Shown: positions 1 to 9,732 of the stretch, in pieces | Layout of the letters: the number at the start of each line of letters is the position of its first letter | Numbering within the stretch: position 1 is the first letter of the stretch | NCBI GenBank assembly: GCA_963777315.1 | Contig: CAVZQC010000002.1 | Coordinates: 768,001 to 832,000 of the forward strand | Source of the DNA: Vulcanimicrobiota bacterium | GTDB lineage: Bacteria; Vulcanimicrobiota; Vulcanimicrobiia; Vulcanimicrobiales; Vulcanimicrobiaceae | Reading direction: 5' to 3' | DNA: 64,000 nt | Translations under genes and position numbers: made by a program | The notes under the pieces: generated by a model | What the model saw: the letters and a program-made list of their open reading frames with translations, nothing else | Database searches by the model: none | What the model was told of the DNA's origin: nothing

Positions 1-778
1 CATCGTCCAATTGAATCAGGCACAGCGGCGCGCGGGCGTGGTCGCGTTTTCCAGCGGCAATCACGCGCAAGGGGTAGCGCTGGCGAGCTCGCTGCTCGGC
101 GTTCCGGCCACGATCGTGATGCCCGAGGATGCGCCCGCCGCGAAGATTGCTGCGACCCGGGAGTGCGGCGCCGAGATTGTGCTTTACGATCGCCTTCGTT
201 CGCACCGCGCACAGATTGCGCAGCAGATCTGCAGCGAGCGCGGCGCGACGCTCGTGCCTCCCTTCGACGACCCGGACATCGTCGCCGGTCAAGGTACCGC
301 TGCGCTCGAGCTGTTCCAAGACGTGCCGGATCTTGCCGTCGTCGTCGCGCCGGTGGGCGGCGGCGGGCTGCTTTCCGGCACGGCAGTTGCGGCGCGCGGG
401 CTCGACGCGTCGATCGAGGTTTACGGCGTCGAACCGCAGGCGGGCAACGATTTTCAGCAATCGCTGCAAGCCGGCAAACCCGTGCACATCGACGTTCCCG
501 ATACGATTGCGGACGGACTCCAGACGCAGGCGCCGGGCGAACTGACTTTTGCGATCGTCAGCGCTCTTGCGCGCGGCATCGTTACGGTCAGCGACGACGA
601 GCTGCGCGAAGCGATGCGCTTTGCTTTCGAACGCATGAAGATCGTGGTCGAGCCGAGCGGAGCCGCGGCGCTGGCGGCGGTAATGGCGGGCAAGGTGAAC
701 GTGCGTGGAAAAAACGCCGGAGTCGTGATCAGCGGCGGCAACGTCGACATCGCGCGCCTGCGCTCGCTGCTCGCGTGA
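1..778 (+). CDS. PLP-dependent threonine/serine dehydratase (serine racemase / hydroxyaspartate ammonia-lyase-like), 5'-truncated
   Basis: SSGNHAQG, PVGGGGL, EPSGAAALAA and SGGN motifs of fold-type II PLP dehydratases. The frame runs off the left edge and the catalytic Lys region is missing. Confidence 0.9.
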   Translation, partial: IVQLNQAQRRAGVVAFSSGNHAQGVALASSLLGVPATIVMPEDAPAAKIAATRECGAEIVLYDRLRSHRAQIAQQICSERGATLVPPFDDPDIVAGQGTAALELFQDVPDLAVVVAPVGGGGLLSGTAVAARGLDASIEVYGVEPQAGNDFQQSLQAGKPVHIDVPDTIADGLQTQAPGELTFAIVSALARGIVTVSDDELREAMRFAFERMKIVVEPSGAAALAAVMAGKVNVRGKNAGVVISGGNVDIARLRSLLA

Positions 779-2025
779 TCCGCAGGCATTGGATTCCGCC
801 CGGTGCGCTGATTTACTCTCAGCTCGCGCACGGATTTTCTTGGGCGATCCTGCTGTTCGCAGCCTGGAGCGGCCATTTGCAGGATCCGTTGTACGGGTTT
901 GCGTGGATACACGCCGTCGCGCTGGGCTGGGCGACGATGGCCGCGCTGGCGATCTTGATCCACGCGCTGCCGAACTTCATCGACGCGCCCTGGTGCGGCG
1001 AGACTGCGGCTCGCTGGTCGCTGCTTGCATACGCTGCAGGCGTGGCGCTGATGATTTACGGGTTCATCGGCAATCCGGCAGTGCTGGCGGCGGCAGGCAG
1101 TTTGGTGCTGCTCGCGCTGATCGTGTATTTGGCGACGGCGTTCGCGACCGTCGCCGGTGCGATGCGCTCCACGAGTCAAGACGCTCGAGTGCAGCGCGCG
1201 GTCGCGCGGGCTTTCGGCACGACGTTCGTGTTTCTCGCGGCCGCAGGAGTTCTGGGTTTCGGCTTGGCGTGGATGCTGTCCGGACGCCCCGTTCCCGCGT
1301 TCGTTTCGACGCTGCCCGCGGCTCATGCCGACCTGGGAATGCTCGGCTGGCTGTCGCTGTTGATCTTCGGCGTTTCCATGCGAACGGTGCGCCCGATCAC
1401 GGGCCGGGCAACGCGCATGCGCTGGATGCATATTGCGGTCGGGTCTCTGGCGCTGCTCGGCGTGCCGCTGCTGGCAGCGGGGCTTGCGGCAGGGCTGCCG
1501 TGGCTTTCACGCGCAGGAGGCGCCTTGTTTGCGCTGGCTGCGCTGGGCTACGCGCTCGATCTGCTCGACGTGGTGCGGCGTGCGGTCAATCCGCATCGGC
1601 CGCCTCAGGCGTTTATCGTGGCCGGAGTCTTGTGGTTTCTCGCATCGCTGGCGATCGGCGCCGGCGTGCTGTTGGGCAAACCCTGGCAACAGGCTTATGG
1701 TTTCATGCTGCTGGCCGGATGGGTTGGCCAATTCGTCAACGCGCACATCTACCACATCGGGATTCGCTTGCTGGCAACGGTGTATCGCGGCGAAGACGAT
1801 GAAACGCTCCCGCAAGATCTGCTCGAATCACGCCTGTCGTGGTTTTCGTTCGTGTTTTTTCAAGCGAGCATTGCGATCGTCACCATCGCACTGCTGGGCG
1901 GCCACCCGCAGCTGGCGGCGCGTGGCGCGGTATTCGGCGCCGCCGCGTGGATCGCAATGGCGGCGAATATCGTCGCGGCGCGGTTTCGAGCGAAGATATT
2001 GCCAAAGACGATCGTCCTGGGCTAA
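775..2025 (+). CDS. Multi-pass membrane protein with repeated H-x4-6-GW helices (NnrS/heme-copper-like hypothetical)
   Basis: GTG at 775 overlaps the upstream TGA (GTGA). About 12 hydrophobic segments; motifs WIHAVALGW, AHADLGMLGW, LAGWVGQFVNAHIYHI. Confidence 0.7.
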   Translation: MIRRHWIPPGALIYSQLAHGFSWAILLFAAWSGHLQDPLYGFAWIHAVALGWATMAALAILIHALPNFIDAPWCGETAARWSLLAYAAGVALMIYGFIGNPAVLAAAGSLVLLALIVYLATAFATVAGAMRSTSQDARVQRAVARAFGTTFVFLAAAGVLGFGLAWMLSGRPVPAFVSTLPAAHADLGMLGWLSLLIFGVSMRTVRPITGRATRMRWMHIAVGSLALLGVPLLAAGLAAGLPWLSRAGGALFALAALGYALDLLDVVRRAVNPHRPPQAFIVAGVLWFLASLAIGAGVLLGKPWQQAYGFMLLAGWVGQFVNAHIYHIGIRLLATVYRGEDDETLPQDLLESRLSWFSFVFFQASIAIVTIALLGGHPQLAARGAVFGAAAWIAMAANIVAARFRAKILPKTIVLG

Positions 2026-2042
2026 TGGTGCCGACGGCCGTC

Positions 2043-2426
2043 CTAGGTGCGCAGATGCGTTTGCGTCGGCGGCTGAACCTGATGGGTCATGTGCATGCGC
2101 TCGTACGACAACGTCACCAGCGCAGCCACAATCGCGATCACGCCCAGCACGATGTTGCTCCAGATCATCGCCACGTCGCCGGAGAGCCACGTCGTCGAAA
2201 TGAACAGCCAGATGCCGGCCAAGATGCTCACGAACGGCCAGTAATTCATGCGCGTACCCTTGCCGAATGACGCTAATTCGGCGATAGCGATGATCCCGAT
2301 GATAAAGCCCGTGATCACCATATCCCATCTGGCGAAAGCCGAATTCGGCACGGCCACGAACGGCGAAACGATCGTCAATATGCCGACGGCGATGTTCACC
2401 CAAGGGACGCGGTTCGGAATCTCCAT
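2043..2426 (-). CDS. SPW-repeat small membrane protein
   Basis: Two repeats of W-x-[NS]-I-x-x-G-I-[LW]...SPF/STTW...W[DS], four TM segments. GGAGG SD upstream. Confidence 0.75.
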   Translation of the reverse strand: MEIPNRVPWVNIAVGILTIVSPFVAVPNSAFARWDMVITGFIIGIIAIAELASFGKGTRMNYWPFVSILAGIWLFISTTWLSGDVAMIWSNIVLGVIAIVAALVTLSYERMHMTHQVQPPTQTHLRT

Positions 2427-2471
2427 GCTGTTCGATGCCTCCGAAGAGTATCGTACCCTCGCGCAGGCCGT

Positions 2472-3074
2472 TTAGGCAGGCGGCGCCTGCTCGCGGCCCA
2501 TCTGGTAAAATTCGTCGTTGGGACGCATGTCCATCATGCCTGCCATGCGGTTGGAAAAGCCGAAAAATGCTGCGATGGCGGCGATGTCCCAAATGTCTTC
2601 GTCGCTGAACCCGGCCAGGTGCAGCGCGTCGATCTCGTGCTCGGTCACGGCGAACCCCGGCTCGTTGACGCGCGATGCGAACGCCAGCATGGCGCGCAGG
2701 CGCGGAGGGATGTCCGCGGTGCGCCAATTGTTGGCGATTTGCTCTGCGACGATGGGATCTTTTCCTAAGATCCGCAACGCTGCGCCGTGTGCCACCATGC
2801 AATACTGGCAGCGGTTCTCCGACGAAATGGCCACGACGATCGCTTCGCGTTCGGCGCGACTCAGATTCGAAGGACCCTTCATCAAGACGTCGTGGTAGGC
2901 CATGAAGGCGCGAAAGTGATCGGGCCGGCGCGCGTATGCCCGAAAGACGTTGGGAACGAAGCCGAGCTTTTGCCGGTTGGTCTCGTAGATTTCTCGAATG
3001 TCGTCGGGAAGCGCGCCTTCGGGCGGCTCTCCGAAGCGCGAGACCGCCTTGCGCGTCTCCATATGCTGGCGCAT
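2472..3074 (-). CDS. Peroxidase-related enzyme (AhpD/carboxymuconolactone decarboxylase family)
   Basis: LGFVPNVF, LSRAEREAI..NRCQYCMVAHGA (CxxC-x3-H) and FGFSNRMA motifs. Confidence 0.9.
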   Translation of the reverse strand: MRQHMETRKAVSRFGEPPEGALPDDIREIYETNRQKLGFVPNVFRAYARRPDHFRAFMAYHDVLMKGPSNLSRAEREAIVVAISSENRCQYCMVAHGAALRILGKDPIVAEQIANNWRTADIPPRLRAMLAFASRVNEPGFAVTEHEIDALHLAGFSDEDIWDIAAIAAFFGFSNRMAGMMDMRPNDEFYQMGREQAPPA

Positions 3075-3077
3075 GCG

Positions 3078-5993
3078 TTATTTGATTCCTCGAGTGTGAC
3101 CCGCGGGTGTAAGGGCTTGGATTTGCCGTTCGATATCCCGGACGGCCGCAGCGGCTGCAGGCGTGGGCGCCGCGTCGGCTCCTTCCACTACGTCGAGCAG
3201 CGCGGCCAAGCGCGCGTTTAGGGCGGCATAGCGGCGATCCGTTGTGGCGCGCGCGTACGTGCGGCTCATCAGCGCGGTAATCATGGAGCCCAGATCGAAC
3301 TGCGCGCGCAGAGCACTTTGCGAAATTCGTACGCGTGGGTCCATGTCCAACCGCAGACGCCGTGTGAACGTGCGGCCGTTTGCGCTCAGCTCGATCGTGT
3401 ACGTTCCGGGCAGGGCCAGAATGCCTTGCGGAACGCGCGGCGTGTCGTGGTAAACCGCCGAAATCGGGTAGTCGTGCATGATTGAAAGCGGATCCGCGTA
3501 GCGGTAATCCCAAATGAACCGATGCATGCCCGCAGCGGTGCCCGGAATTCGCGTCGCCCGAACCCAGTACGTCGGAACGGTGATCTCCGCCGGGATTGGA
3601 ACCGGCGTATCGGAGCTGCTGTACGCGCGCACCAGCTTTCCGCTCGCGTCGTACACGGCGATGCGCACCGCAGACGGTGCGGGCAGATAATAGTCGATCG
3701 GCGCGCCGTCCGGCGGGTTTTGGCCGGCAGGCTCTTCGGGCGGAAGCGGCGTGTCGGTCCACGTGTCGCGCCGCAGCCGATAGGCCGTGGCCGGCGCAAA
3801 GAGATACCCCGCCGTCAGCTTGTCGAACGATGCATCGCGCAGTGGCGATATGTCGTCGAGAATCCAAAACGATCGCCCGTGCGTTCCGGCGACGAGGTCG
3901 TTCTTATGCACGACCAGATCGCGAATCGACGTCGAAGGCAAATTGAGCTGCAGCGATTCCCAGCGGTCGCCGTCGTCGAACGAAACGTAGACCGTGCGTT
4001 CGGTGCCCGCAAACAGCAAGCCGCGCCGTACGGGATCGTCCCGAACGGTATTGACGGGTGCGTCGGAGGGCAAGCCGGCGGTGATGCGCTGCCAATGCCG
4101 TCCGGCGTCGTGCGTGCGGTAGATGTACGGACGCATGTCGTCCAGCCGCATGCGCGTAACCGAAACGTACGCGGTCGCGGCGTCGAAATGCGAGGGATCG
4201 ATCTGCGATACTTTGTTCCACGCGCCTACCCCCGCCGGCGTAACGTTGCGCCAGTGCGCGCCGCCGTCGGAAGTGATCCACACCAAGCCGTCGTCCGTTC
4301 CCGCCCAAATCGTTCGAGCGTCGGTGTAGGAAGGTGCGATGCTGTACACCACGCCGCGCTCGGGTTTACCCAGCGGCGTGCGCGCGAACGCGCCGAGATT
4401 CGCCGGTGCGCCCGGATTGGCGCGCGTGAGATCGGGGCTGACGATTCGCCAGTTCCGGCCTGCGTCGCGCGTGGCGAAGATGACGTTCGAACCCAGATAC
4501 AGCGTACGCTTGTCCACGCGGTTGAAGACGAGCGGGTTGGTGCGGTTGTACCGAAAGCCGCGTACGAAGAATCTGCCGCCGAAAACCGGCGACACGACCT
4601 GCGTTTGCTGCGTTCGCTCATCGTAGCGCGAGACGGTTCCCGCGCCCGCGCCGTAGATCAGGTACGGGTGGCGCGGATCGGGAGCGATGTAGGCATATTC
4701 CTGGGCGCCGACCGGGTGCCAGTAGCGGCTCCATATCCGGCCGTCCTCGCTGCGGCTTGCAACTTCGGCGCTGCCGCTTTCCTGTTGACCGCCGAAAACC
4801 CAGTACGGAAAACGGTCGTCGGTGATCACGTGGTAGAACTGTCCGGACGGCTGGTTGTACCACGTGCTCCAGGTTTGTCCGTAATTCACCGAAAGCGTCG
4901 CGCCTTGATCGCTGCCCAGGAAGATGACGTTGCGATCCGTCGGATCGATCCAAATGGTGTGATAATCGTCGCCGCCCGGAGCGCCTTTGATGCCGGTCCA
5001 CGTTTTGCCCGCGTCGGCGGAACGATACGTGGTGGTGTTGGCGACGTACACGACGTCGGGTTGTACCGGATCTACCGCTATGCCTGAGAAATCGTCTCCG
5101 CGCCCGCAGATGCGATCCTCGGCATTGACTTTGGTCCAGCTGCCGCCCGCGTCGTCGGAACGAAAGATGCCGCAACCGGTCGCAAAATTCACCCATGCGT
5201 ACAGCCGGTTGGAATCGGCGGGCGACACCGCGATGCCGGCTCGGCCCAAACCGTTCGGTAATCCCACGCGAAGCTGCGACCAGGTCGTTCCGCCGTCGGT
5301 GGACTTGTAGATGCCGCCGTCTTGGTACAACTGCAGCGAATCTTCCAGTCGCCAAGGCGGATTGCGCGAAGCCCATAGACTGGCGTAGACGGTCTGCGGG
5401 TGATTCGGATCGATCGCTACCGCGGCGGCGCCGGTGTTTTCATCCTTGCCCAACACCTTTTGCCACGTGGCGCCGCCGTCGCGGCTGCGGTACACGCCGC
5501 GCTCTTGGTTCGGTCCATACGGATGGCCCATAACAGCGGCAAACACGACGTTGGGATCGCGCGGGTCCACCGCCAGCCCGTTGATCTGCTGCGCATCGCG
5601 CAAGCCCAAATGCGTCCAGCTTTTTCCGCCGTCGGCCGACTTGTAAATACCGTCGCCTACCGAGAGGTCGGGACGGCGCAGACCTTCACCCGAACCAACG
5701 TACACAACGTTTGCGTCGCTTGGGGCGACGGCCAGCGCGCCTACCGATCCGGTGTCTTGTCCGTCGAAGATCGGATTCCAGGTGCGTCCGTAATCGGTGC
5801 TCTTCCATACGCCGCCGTCGGTAGGTGCCATATAAAAAACGCCGCGCTGCGAAGGCACCCCCGAAACTGCAACGGTTCGGCCGCCGCGAAAGGGTCCGAT
5901 CGAACGCCACTGCAGCGCGTCATACGGACGCACCGCAGCACCTAAAAGCACAGCTGCGGCGGCTGCCGCTACAAGCAAACGACCAGCGGGCAT
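3078..5993 (-). CDS. Secreted BNR/Asp-box beta-propeller protein (sortilin/VPS10-like glycosyl hydrolase)
   Basis: Signal peptide, WRSIGPFRGGR start, about 11 S/T-x-D-x-G-x-x-W Asp-box repeats. Confidence 0.85.
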   Translation of the reverse strand: MPAGRLLVAAAAAAVLLGAAVRPYDALQWRSIGPFRGGRTVAVSGVPSQRGVFYMAPTDGGVWKSTDYGRTWNPIFDGQDTGSVGALAVAPSDANVVYVGSGEGLRRPDLSVGDGIYKSADGGKSWTHLGLRDAQQINGLAVDPRDPNVVFAAVMGHPYGPNQERGVYRSRDGGATWQKVLGKDENTGAAAVAIDPNHPQTVYASLWASRNPPWRLEDSLQLYQDGGIYKSTDGGTTWSQLRVGLPNGLGRAGIAVSPADSNRLYAWVNFATGCGIFRSDDAGGSWTKVNAEDRICGRGDDFSGIAVDPVQPDVVYVANTTTYRSADAGKTWTGIKGAPGGDDYHTIWIDPTDRNVIFLGSDQGATLSVNYGQTWSTWYNQPSGQFYHVITDDRFPYWVFGGQQESGSAEVASRSEDGRIWSRYWHPVGAQEYAYIAPDPRHPYLIYGAGAGTVSRYDERTQQTQVVSPVFGGRFFVRGFRYNRTNPLVFNRVDKRTLYLGSNVIFATRDAGRNWRIVSPDLTRANPGAPANLGAFARTPLGKPERGVVYSIAPSYTDARTIWAGTDDGLVWITSDGGAHWRNVTPAGVGAWNKVSQIDPSHFDAATAYVSVTRMRLDDMRPYIYRTHDAGRHWQRITAGLPSDAPVNTVRDDPVRRGLLFAGTERTVYVSFDDGDRWESLQLNLPSTSIRDLVVHKNDLVAGTHGRSFWILDDISPLRDASFDKLTAGYLFAPATAYRLRRDTWTDTPLPPEEPAGQNPPDGAPIDYYLPAPSAVRIAVYDASGKLVRAYSSSDTPVPIPAEITVPTYWVRATRIPGTAAGMHRFIWDYRYADPLSIMHDYPISAVYHDTPRVPQGILALPGTYTIELSANGRTFTRRLRLDMDPRVRISQSALRAQFDLGSMITALMSRTYARATTDRRYAALNARLAALLDVVEGADAAPTPAAAAAVRDIERQIQALTPAGHTRGIK

Positions 5994-6008
5994 ACGCCGC
6001 GTTTTGTT

Positions 6009-6686
6009 TTATCTGGGTCCGGTCCCTCTGCGGCGGCGTTTGGGTTGGAACGGGCTGCCGATTTTTATCCGGTCGGTGCGCGGAATCGCGTCGTTGACGT
6101 CCTGGCAGCCGATTGGGGTGAAGTCGCGGCAATCGCCGGGCCGGCCTTCGTAGATTCCGCAGTAAAAGCGACCGGGGCGCGCTTGTTTGAGAAACACGCA
6201 CTGGTCGGCGACGTCGTCGGACACTTTGCGAAGCCATCCGACATAATACGCGTCGGCGGATTTTCGCTTGACGACGTACTCGTCCATGACTTCTTTTGCC
6301 GAGACATTCAAAAACCGTGCAATTCGATCGACGTCCTCTCGGCTCACGAACGGCTCGTACCCGCTGCAGCATTCCGCGCACCCGGGGGGGCAGGCGACGT
6401 TGTCCGGCAGATCCTTGTGATGTTTGCGCGCAAGATCGATCACCCGCGCGATTGCCGCGACCATCTCGGCATCGTCGTTATATTTGTATTCCCATTCGCG
6501 CTGCGTGACTTCGTTGGCGTTGTAGTAGCGCGTGATCGTTTGGTTGTAGGTGACGGTGATGTGCTCTTCGTCTATTTCGATTTTCTTGACGCGCGCAATC
6601 GGCTGCGTGTCGAGCAGCTCCGGGTGCGTGGGCTGGCCGGTCTCGCGCGTGTAATTGCGCAGGGCGATGAGATCGATCGTTTCCAT
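6009..6686 (-). CDS. YkgJ family cysteine-cluster (Zn/Fe-chelating) protein with N-terminal extension
   Basis: CPPGCAECC ... CVFL ... CGIYEGRPGDCRDF pattern. ATG at 6686 chosen; the longer ORF upstream is antisense to the ROK gene. Confidence 0.8.
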   Translation of the reverse strand: METIDLIALRNYTRETGQPTHPELLDTQPIARVKKIEIDEEHITVTYNQTITRYYNANEVTQREWEYKYNDDAEMVAAIARVIDLARKHHKDLPDNVACPPGCAECCSGYEPFVSREDVDRIARFLNVSAKEVMDEYVVKRKSADAYYVGWLRKVSDDVADQCVFLKQARPGRFYCGIYEGRPGDCRDFTPIGCQDVNDAIPRTDRIKIGSPFQPKRRRRGTGPR

Positions 6687-6746
6687 GGCAATAGGGGCTT
6701 CGACAATCGGCAAGAAACAGCCCCCGACCGGGAGGCAGGAAGAAGC

Positions 6747-7718
6747 GTGCACAAGGCAATCGGCGTCGATTTGGGCGGTTCCCACACCACTGCGGCCGTC
6801 GTGCAGGATGACGGCTCGATCCTGAGCCAGCACGAGCAGGACGTGACCGATCGTTCGTTCGACGCGGTGATCGACGCGTTGGCCAACGTCATCGGCGCGG
6901 CTCTGAAGGAAGTCAAGGCCAAGGAGCTGGTGGGCATCGGCGTCGGTTCGCCCGGCAACCTCGATATGGACACCGGCGCGGTGCTGTACTCGCCGAATTT
7001 TCTGTGGCATAACGTGCCGCTCGGCCAGCGGCTGCGCGAACGTTTCGATGTGCCGATCTTCATCGCGAACGATGCGCGCTGCGCGACGCTTGGCGAGTAC
7101 ACGTTCGGCACCGGCAAGGGCACCAAGGATTTCGTGCTGCTCACGATCGGCACGGGGATCGGCGGCGGGATCGTTTCCGGCTCTCAGCTGCTCATCGGCA
7201 ATCGCGCCGGAGCCGGGGAGATGGGACATCATCAAATCCGCCCGACCGACGGCTTCATCTGCGGATGCGGTAAGATCGGCTGTTTCGAAGCGCAAGCATC
7301 GGGCACGGGGCTGGTGCGCCATGCGTTCGCCGTTGCACCGTCGTTCCCGCGCAGCACGCTGCTTTCCAAAAGTCCGGACAAGCTCGGTTCCAAATCGATC
7401 CGCCGCGCGGCGCAGGCCGGCGACGCGCACGCGCTGGCCGCATGGAGAAATTTTGCCGCCGACCTCGCGCTGGGCGTGGCGAACGCGATCGCGTTCGTCA
7501 ACCCGCAGATAGTGGCCATCGGCGGCGGCGTAAGCACGGCCGGCGACTTCATGCTCGACGCCATCCGCGACCGCGTCGAAGAACTTACCGTAATGGTTCC
7601 CAGGGGCACCACCGATCTCGTCATCGCGCAGCTGGGCAATGACGCCGGGCAAGTCGGCGCTGCGACGATGGCGCTTCGCGGCGGCTTGACGACCGGATAT
7701 GCGCCCGCACCCGGTTAA
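6747..7718 (+). CDS. ROK family sugar kinase (glucokinase-like)
   Basis: GVDLGGS, IANDA, GTGIGGG, GEMGH, CGCGKIGCFE motifs. GTG start after GGAGG/AGGA. Confidence 0.9.
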   Translation: MHKAIGVDLGGSHTTAAVVQDDGSILSQHEQDVTDRSFDAVIDALANVIGAALKEVKAKELVGIGVGSPGNLDMDTGAVLYSPNFLWHNVPLGQRLRERFDVPIFIANDARCATLGEYTFGTGKGTKDFVLLTIGTGIGGGIVSGSQLLIGNRAGAGEMGHHQIRPTDGFICGCGKIGCFEAQASGTGLVRHAFAVAPSFPRSTLLSKSPDKLGSKSIRRAAQAGDAHALAAWRNFAADLALGVANAIAFVNPQIVAIGGGVSTAGDFMLDAIRDRVEELTVMVPRGTTDLVIAQLGNDAGQVGAATMALRGGLTTGYAPAPG

Positions 7719-7829
7719 GGGCGACGGTAGAGCTCGCTGACCGGAAAAACGCCGGGATTGCGACGCGCGGATTCGAATAGGTGATGGGGATTCACAGACC
7801 TTCTTCGATGAAAGAAAGGCTCTTCGTAT

Positions 7830-8285
7830 ATGAAACGTTCAATCTCGATCGTGTTTGGGCTCTTCTTGACCGCAGGCGCGGGCGTGGCACTCGCCGCGAT
7901 GACCGCGGCTCCCGTTACGCTCAACCCCGCCAACTTGCATTGGATTGCGGGCACCGGTCCGGCTACGCGCTCTTCGAACGCAATTCTGTCCGGCAATCCG
8001 AATAAGTCGGGTATGGCCGTCATACGGGTGAAAATGCCGGACGGCTACACCAACCCGCCCCATTATCACGCGCACCCGGAATACATCACCGTCATGCAAG
8101 GGACGCTGCTGTTCGGGGTCGGCAACACCATAAACAAGGCAAAGGCGACGGTGCTGCCGACAGGCTCGTTTATCATGGTTCCGACCGGCGTCCATCACTG
8201 GTCGGTCGCCAGGGGCGAAACCATCGAGCAGGTCAGCGGTGAAGGCCCGCTGACGAACATACCGATCAAACGCGGCGCGATGTAA
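7830..8285 (+). CDS. Secreted cupin-domain protein
   Basis: Signal peptide; PHYH...E...G and P.GVHH cupin motifs. Confidence 0.8.
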   Translation: MKRSISIVFGLFLTAGAGVALAAMTAAPVTLNPANLHWIAGTGPATRSSNAILSGNPNKSGMAVIRVKMPDGYTNPPHYHAHPEYITVMQGTLLFGVGNTINKAKATVLPTGSFIMVPTGVHHWSVARGETIEQVSGEGPLTNIPIKRGAM

Positions 8286-8300
8286 CCGCAAGAGGCACTT

Positions 8301-9221
8301 ATGCTGCACGCCATCGCGCTCGCTGCAGCGTTTGCAGCATTACAGCGTTCCGATTCTTCACCGGATCGCGCAGCGCTTGCGACAAAGCTCGCCCAAGCGA
8401 TCGCGAGCGATCAGCGCTTCATGCAATCCAAAGTCTATGTGGGCGCGTTGCCGCCCGGTGCAGCGCTGCGGGCGCCGCTCCCCGACTATCCCATACTGGG
8501 CAGCGTCGTCCAGACGGCGTCTAACGCGCGATTGGGGAGCGAGCCCACGACGACGGTGTATTATGAAGCGGCCGACGCGAACCGCGCGCTGGCCGTCTAT
8601 CAAAAGCGCCTCGTTTCGGCAGGCTGGCGCCCATTTCGCCTTTTCGATGCGTTGGAACAGCAGCATAGCGGTGGATTCGACGTCTCGGGGGCCGGGGCGC
8701 CGATGCCGGGCATGTATTGCGAGCCGAACGGCGGCGTAGCCGCCACTACGCGCGTGTACGGCATGTCCGGCGTTTTCGCCGTCGCCTTCGGTGCAGGACG
8801 CCAAGGCGTAGCGATGTGCGCTATGAACGCCGCATTCAGCGCGACCCCCAGCCCGCCGCCGCTTCCGCCGATTCCGACGCTGCGCGCGCCGGCCAACGTC
8901 ACGATGGAGTCCGCAGGCGCTTCGATCTCCGTGCGTTCCGAGTCGAATTCCGATGCCTTGTTGACGACGGCGTCGCCGATAGGGAGCGTCGGGGCCGCAT
9001 TCGCTCAACAAGTTATCTCGGCGCACTGGGCGGCGGACGCGCCGGCCCAAAGCACCTCCGCCTACGTCCAAACCTTTCACAGTATGAGCAATGGGCGCCA
9101 CTATCAAGCCGTGCTCACGCTGATAACCGCCGGCAAGACGCAGCAGTACGATGCATCCTTTCGAGTGCGCGATCTCGACGATACTACGCCCAACGGTTTT
9201 TCGTTTCCGGGCTTTCCGTAA
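8301..9221 (+). CDS. Hypothetical secreted protein
   Basis: Short hydrophobic N-terminus, GAGG SD, Pro-rich linker between two similar-sized halves. Confidence 0.65.
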   Translation: MLHAIALAAAFAALQRSDSSPDRAALATKLAQAIASDQRFMQSKVYVGALPPGAALRAPLPDYPILGSVVQTASNARLGSEPTTTVYYEAADANRALAVYQKRLVSAGWRPFRLFDALEQQHSGGFDVSGAGAPMPGMYCEPNGGVAATTRVYGMSGVFAVAFGAGRQGVAMCAMNAAFSATPSPPPLPPIPTLRAPANVTMESAGASISVRSESNSDALLTTASPIGSVGAAFAQQVISAHWAADAPAQSTSAYVQTFHSMSNGRHYQAVLTLITAGKTQQYDASFRVRDLDDTTPNGFSFPGFP

Positions 9222-9723
9222 GCGGCGCAGCTGAGTGCGTGCTAAACGACCCCAAGGATTGCGTTACCGGGGCGGTGCATGTCGGCGGCACGCCGTTGAA
9301 GTCGGTGTAGGTTTCGCTGAGCGCGTATGACGTTGCCGGCGAAAGCGTCGGGATCGGTGCGGCTACGTATGGCAGATCGCCGGACGCGCCGCTAGGCACG
9401 GCATGCGGACTCGGAAGCGGCGAGGGCGCAGCGGTATAGGCGCCGACGGGCACCGCCGTTCCGGCGGTCGAGACCATTGAGACCGCCGCATTGCCGTAAA
9501 ATCCTTGCGGCACGCCGATAAAGAGCAGCCGCCCCACGGCGATTGAAACATTCACGCTGCCGTTCTCCGGATACGACAGGAACAGCGTGGGCGGCGGCAC
9601 TGGTGGCGGCATTCCGCATGTCGGCGAGGGCGACGGAGCTGAGGCCGCGCCTCCGGCGCAGGCTGCGGGTATCGCGGCAAGCGCGATCAGCGAGAAAAGC
9701 GCGGCTCCCGCTCGTGGTCGCAT
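9184..9723 (-). CDS. Hypothetical lipoprotein, Pro-rich
   Basis: Signal peptide with PAAC lipobox-like Cys; lies directly after the glycosyltransferase on the same strand. Confidence 0.6.
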   Translation of the reverse strand: MRPRAGAALFSLIALAAIPAACAGGAASAPSPSPTCGMPPPVPPPTLFLSYPENGSVNVSIAVGRLLFIGVPQGFYGNAAVSMVSTAGTAVPVGAYTAAPSPLPSPHAVPSGASGDLPYVAAPIPTLSPATSYALSETYTDFNGVPPTCTAPVTQSLGSFSTHSAAPLTESPETKNRWA

Positions 9724-9732
9724 GTCAGCCGT

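Noticed and set aside
1828..5087. Long Arg/Ala-rich ORFs (1828..3867 -, 3522..5087 +) and similar ones throughout the track
   Set aside because: Alternative-frame or antisense shadows typical of high-GC DNA; they have no motifs and overlap well-supported genes.
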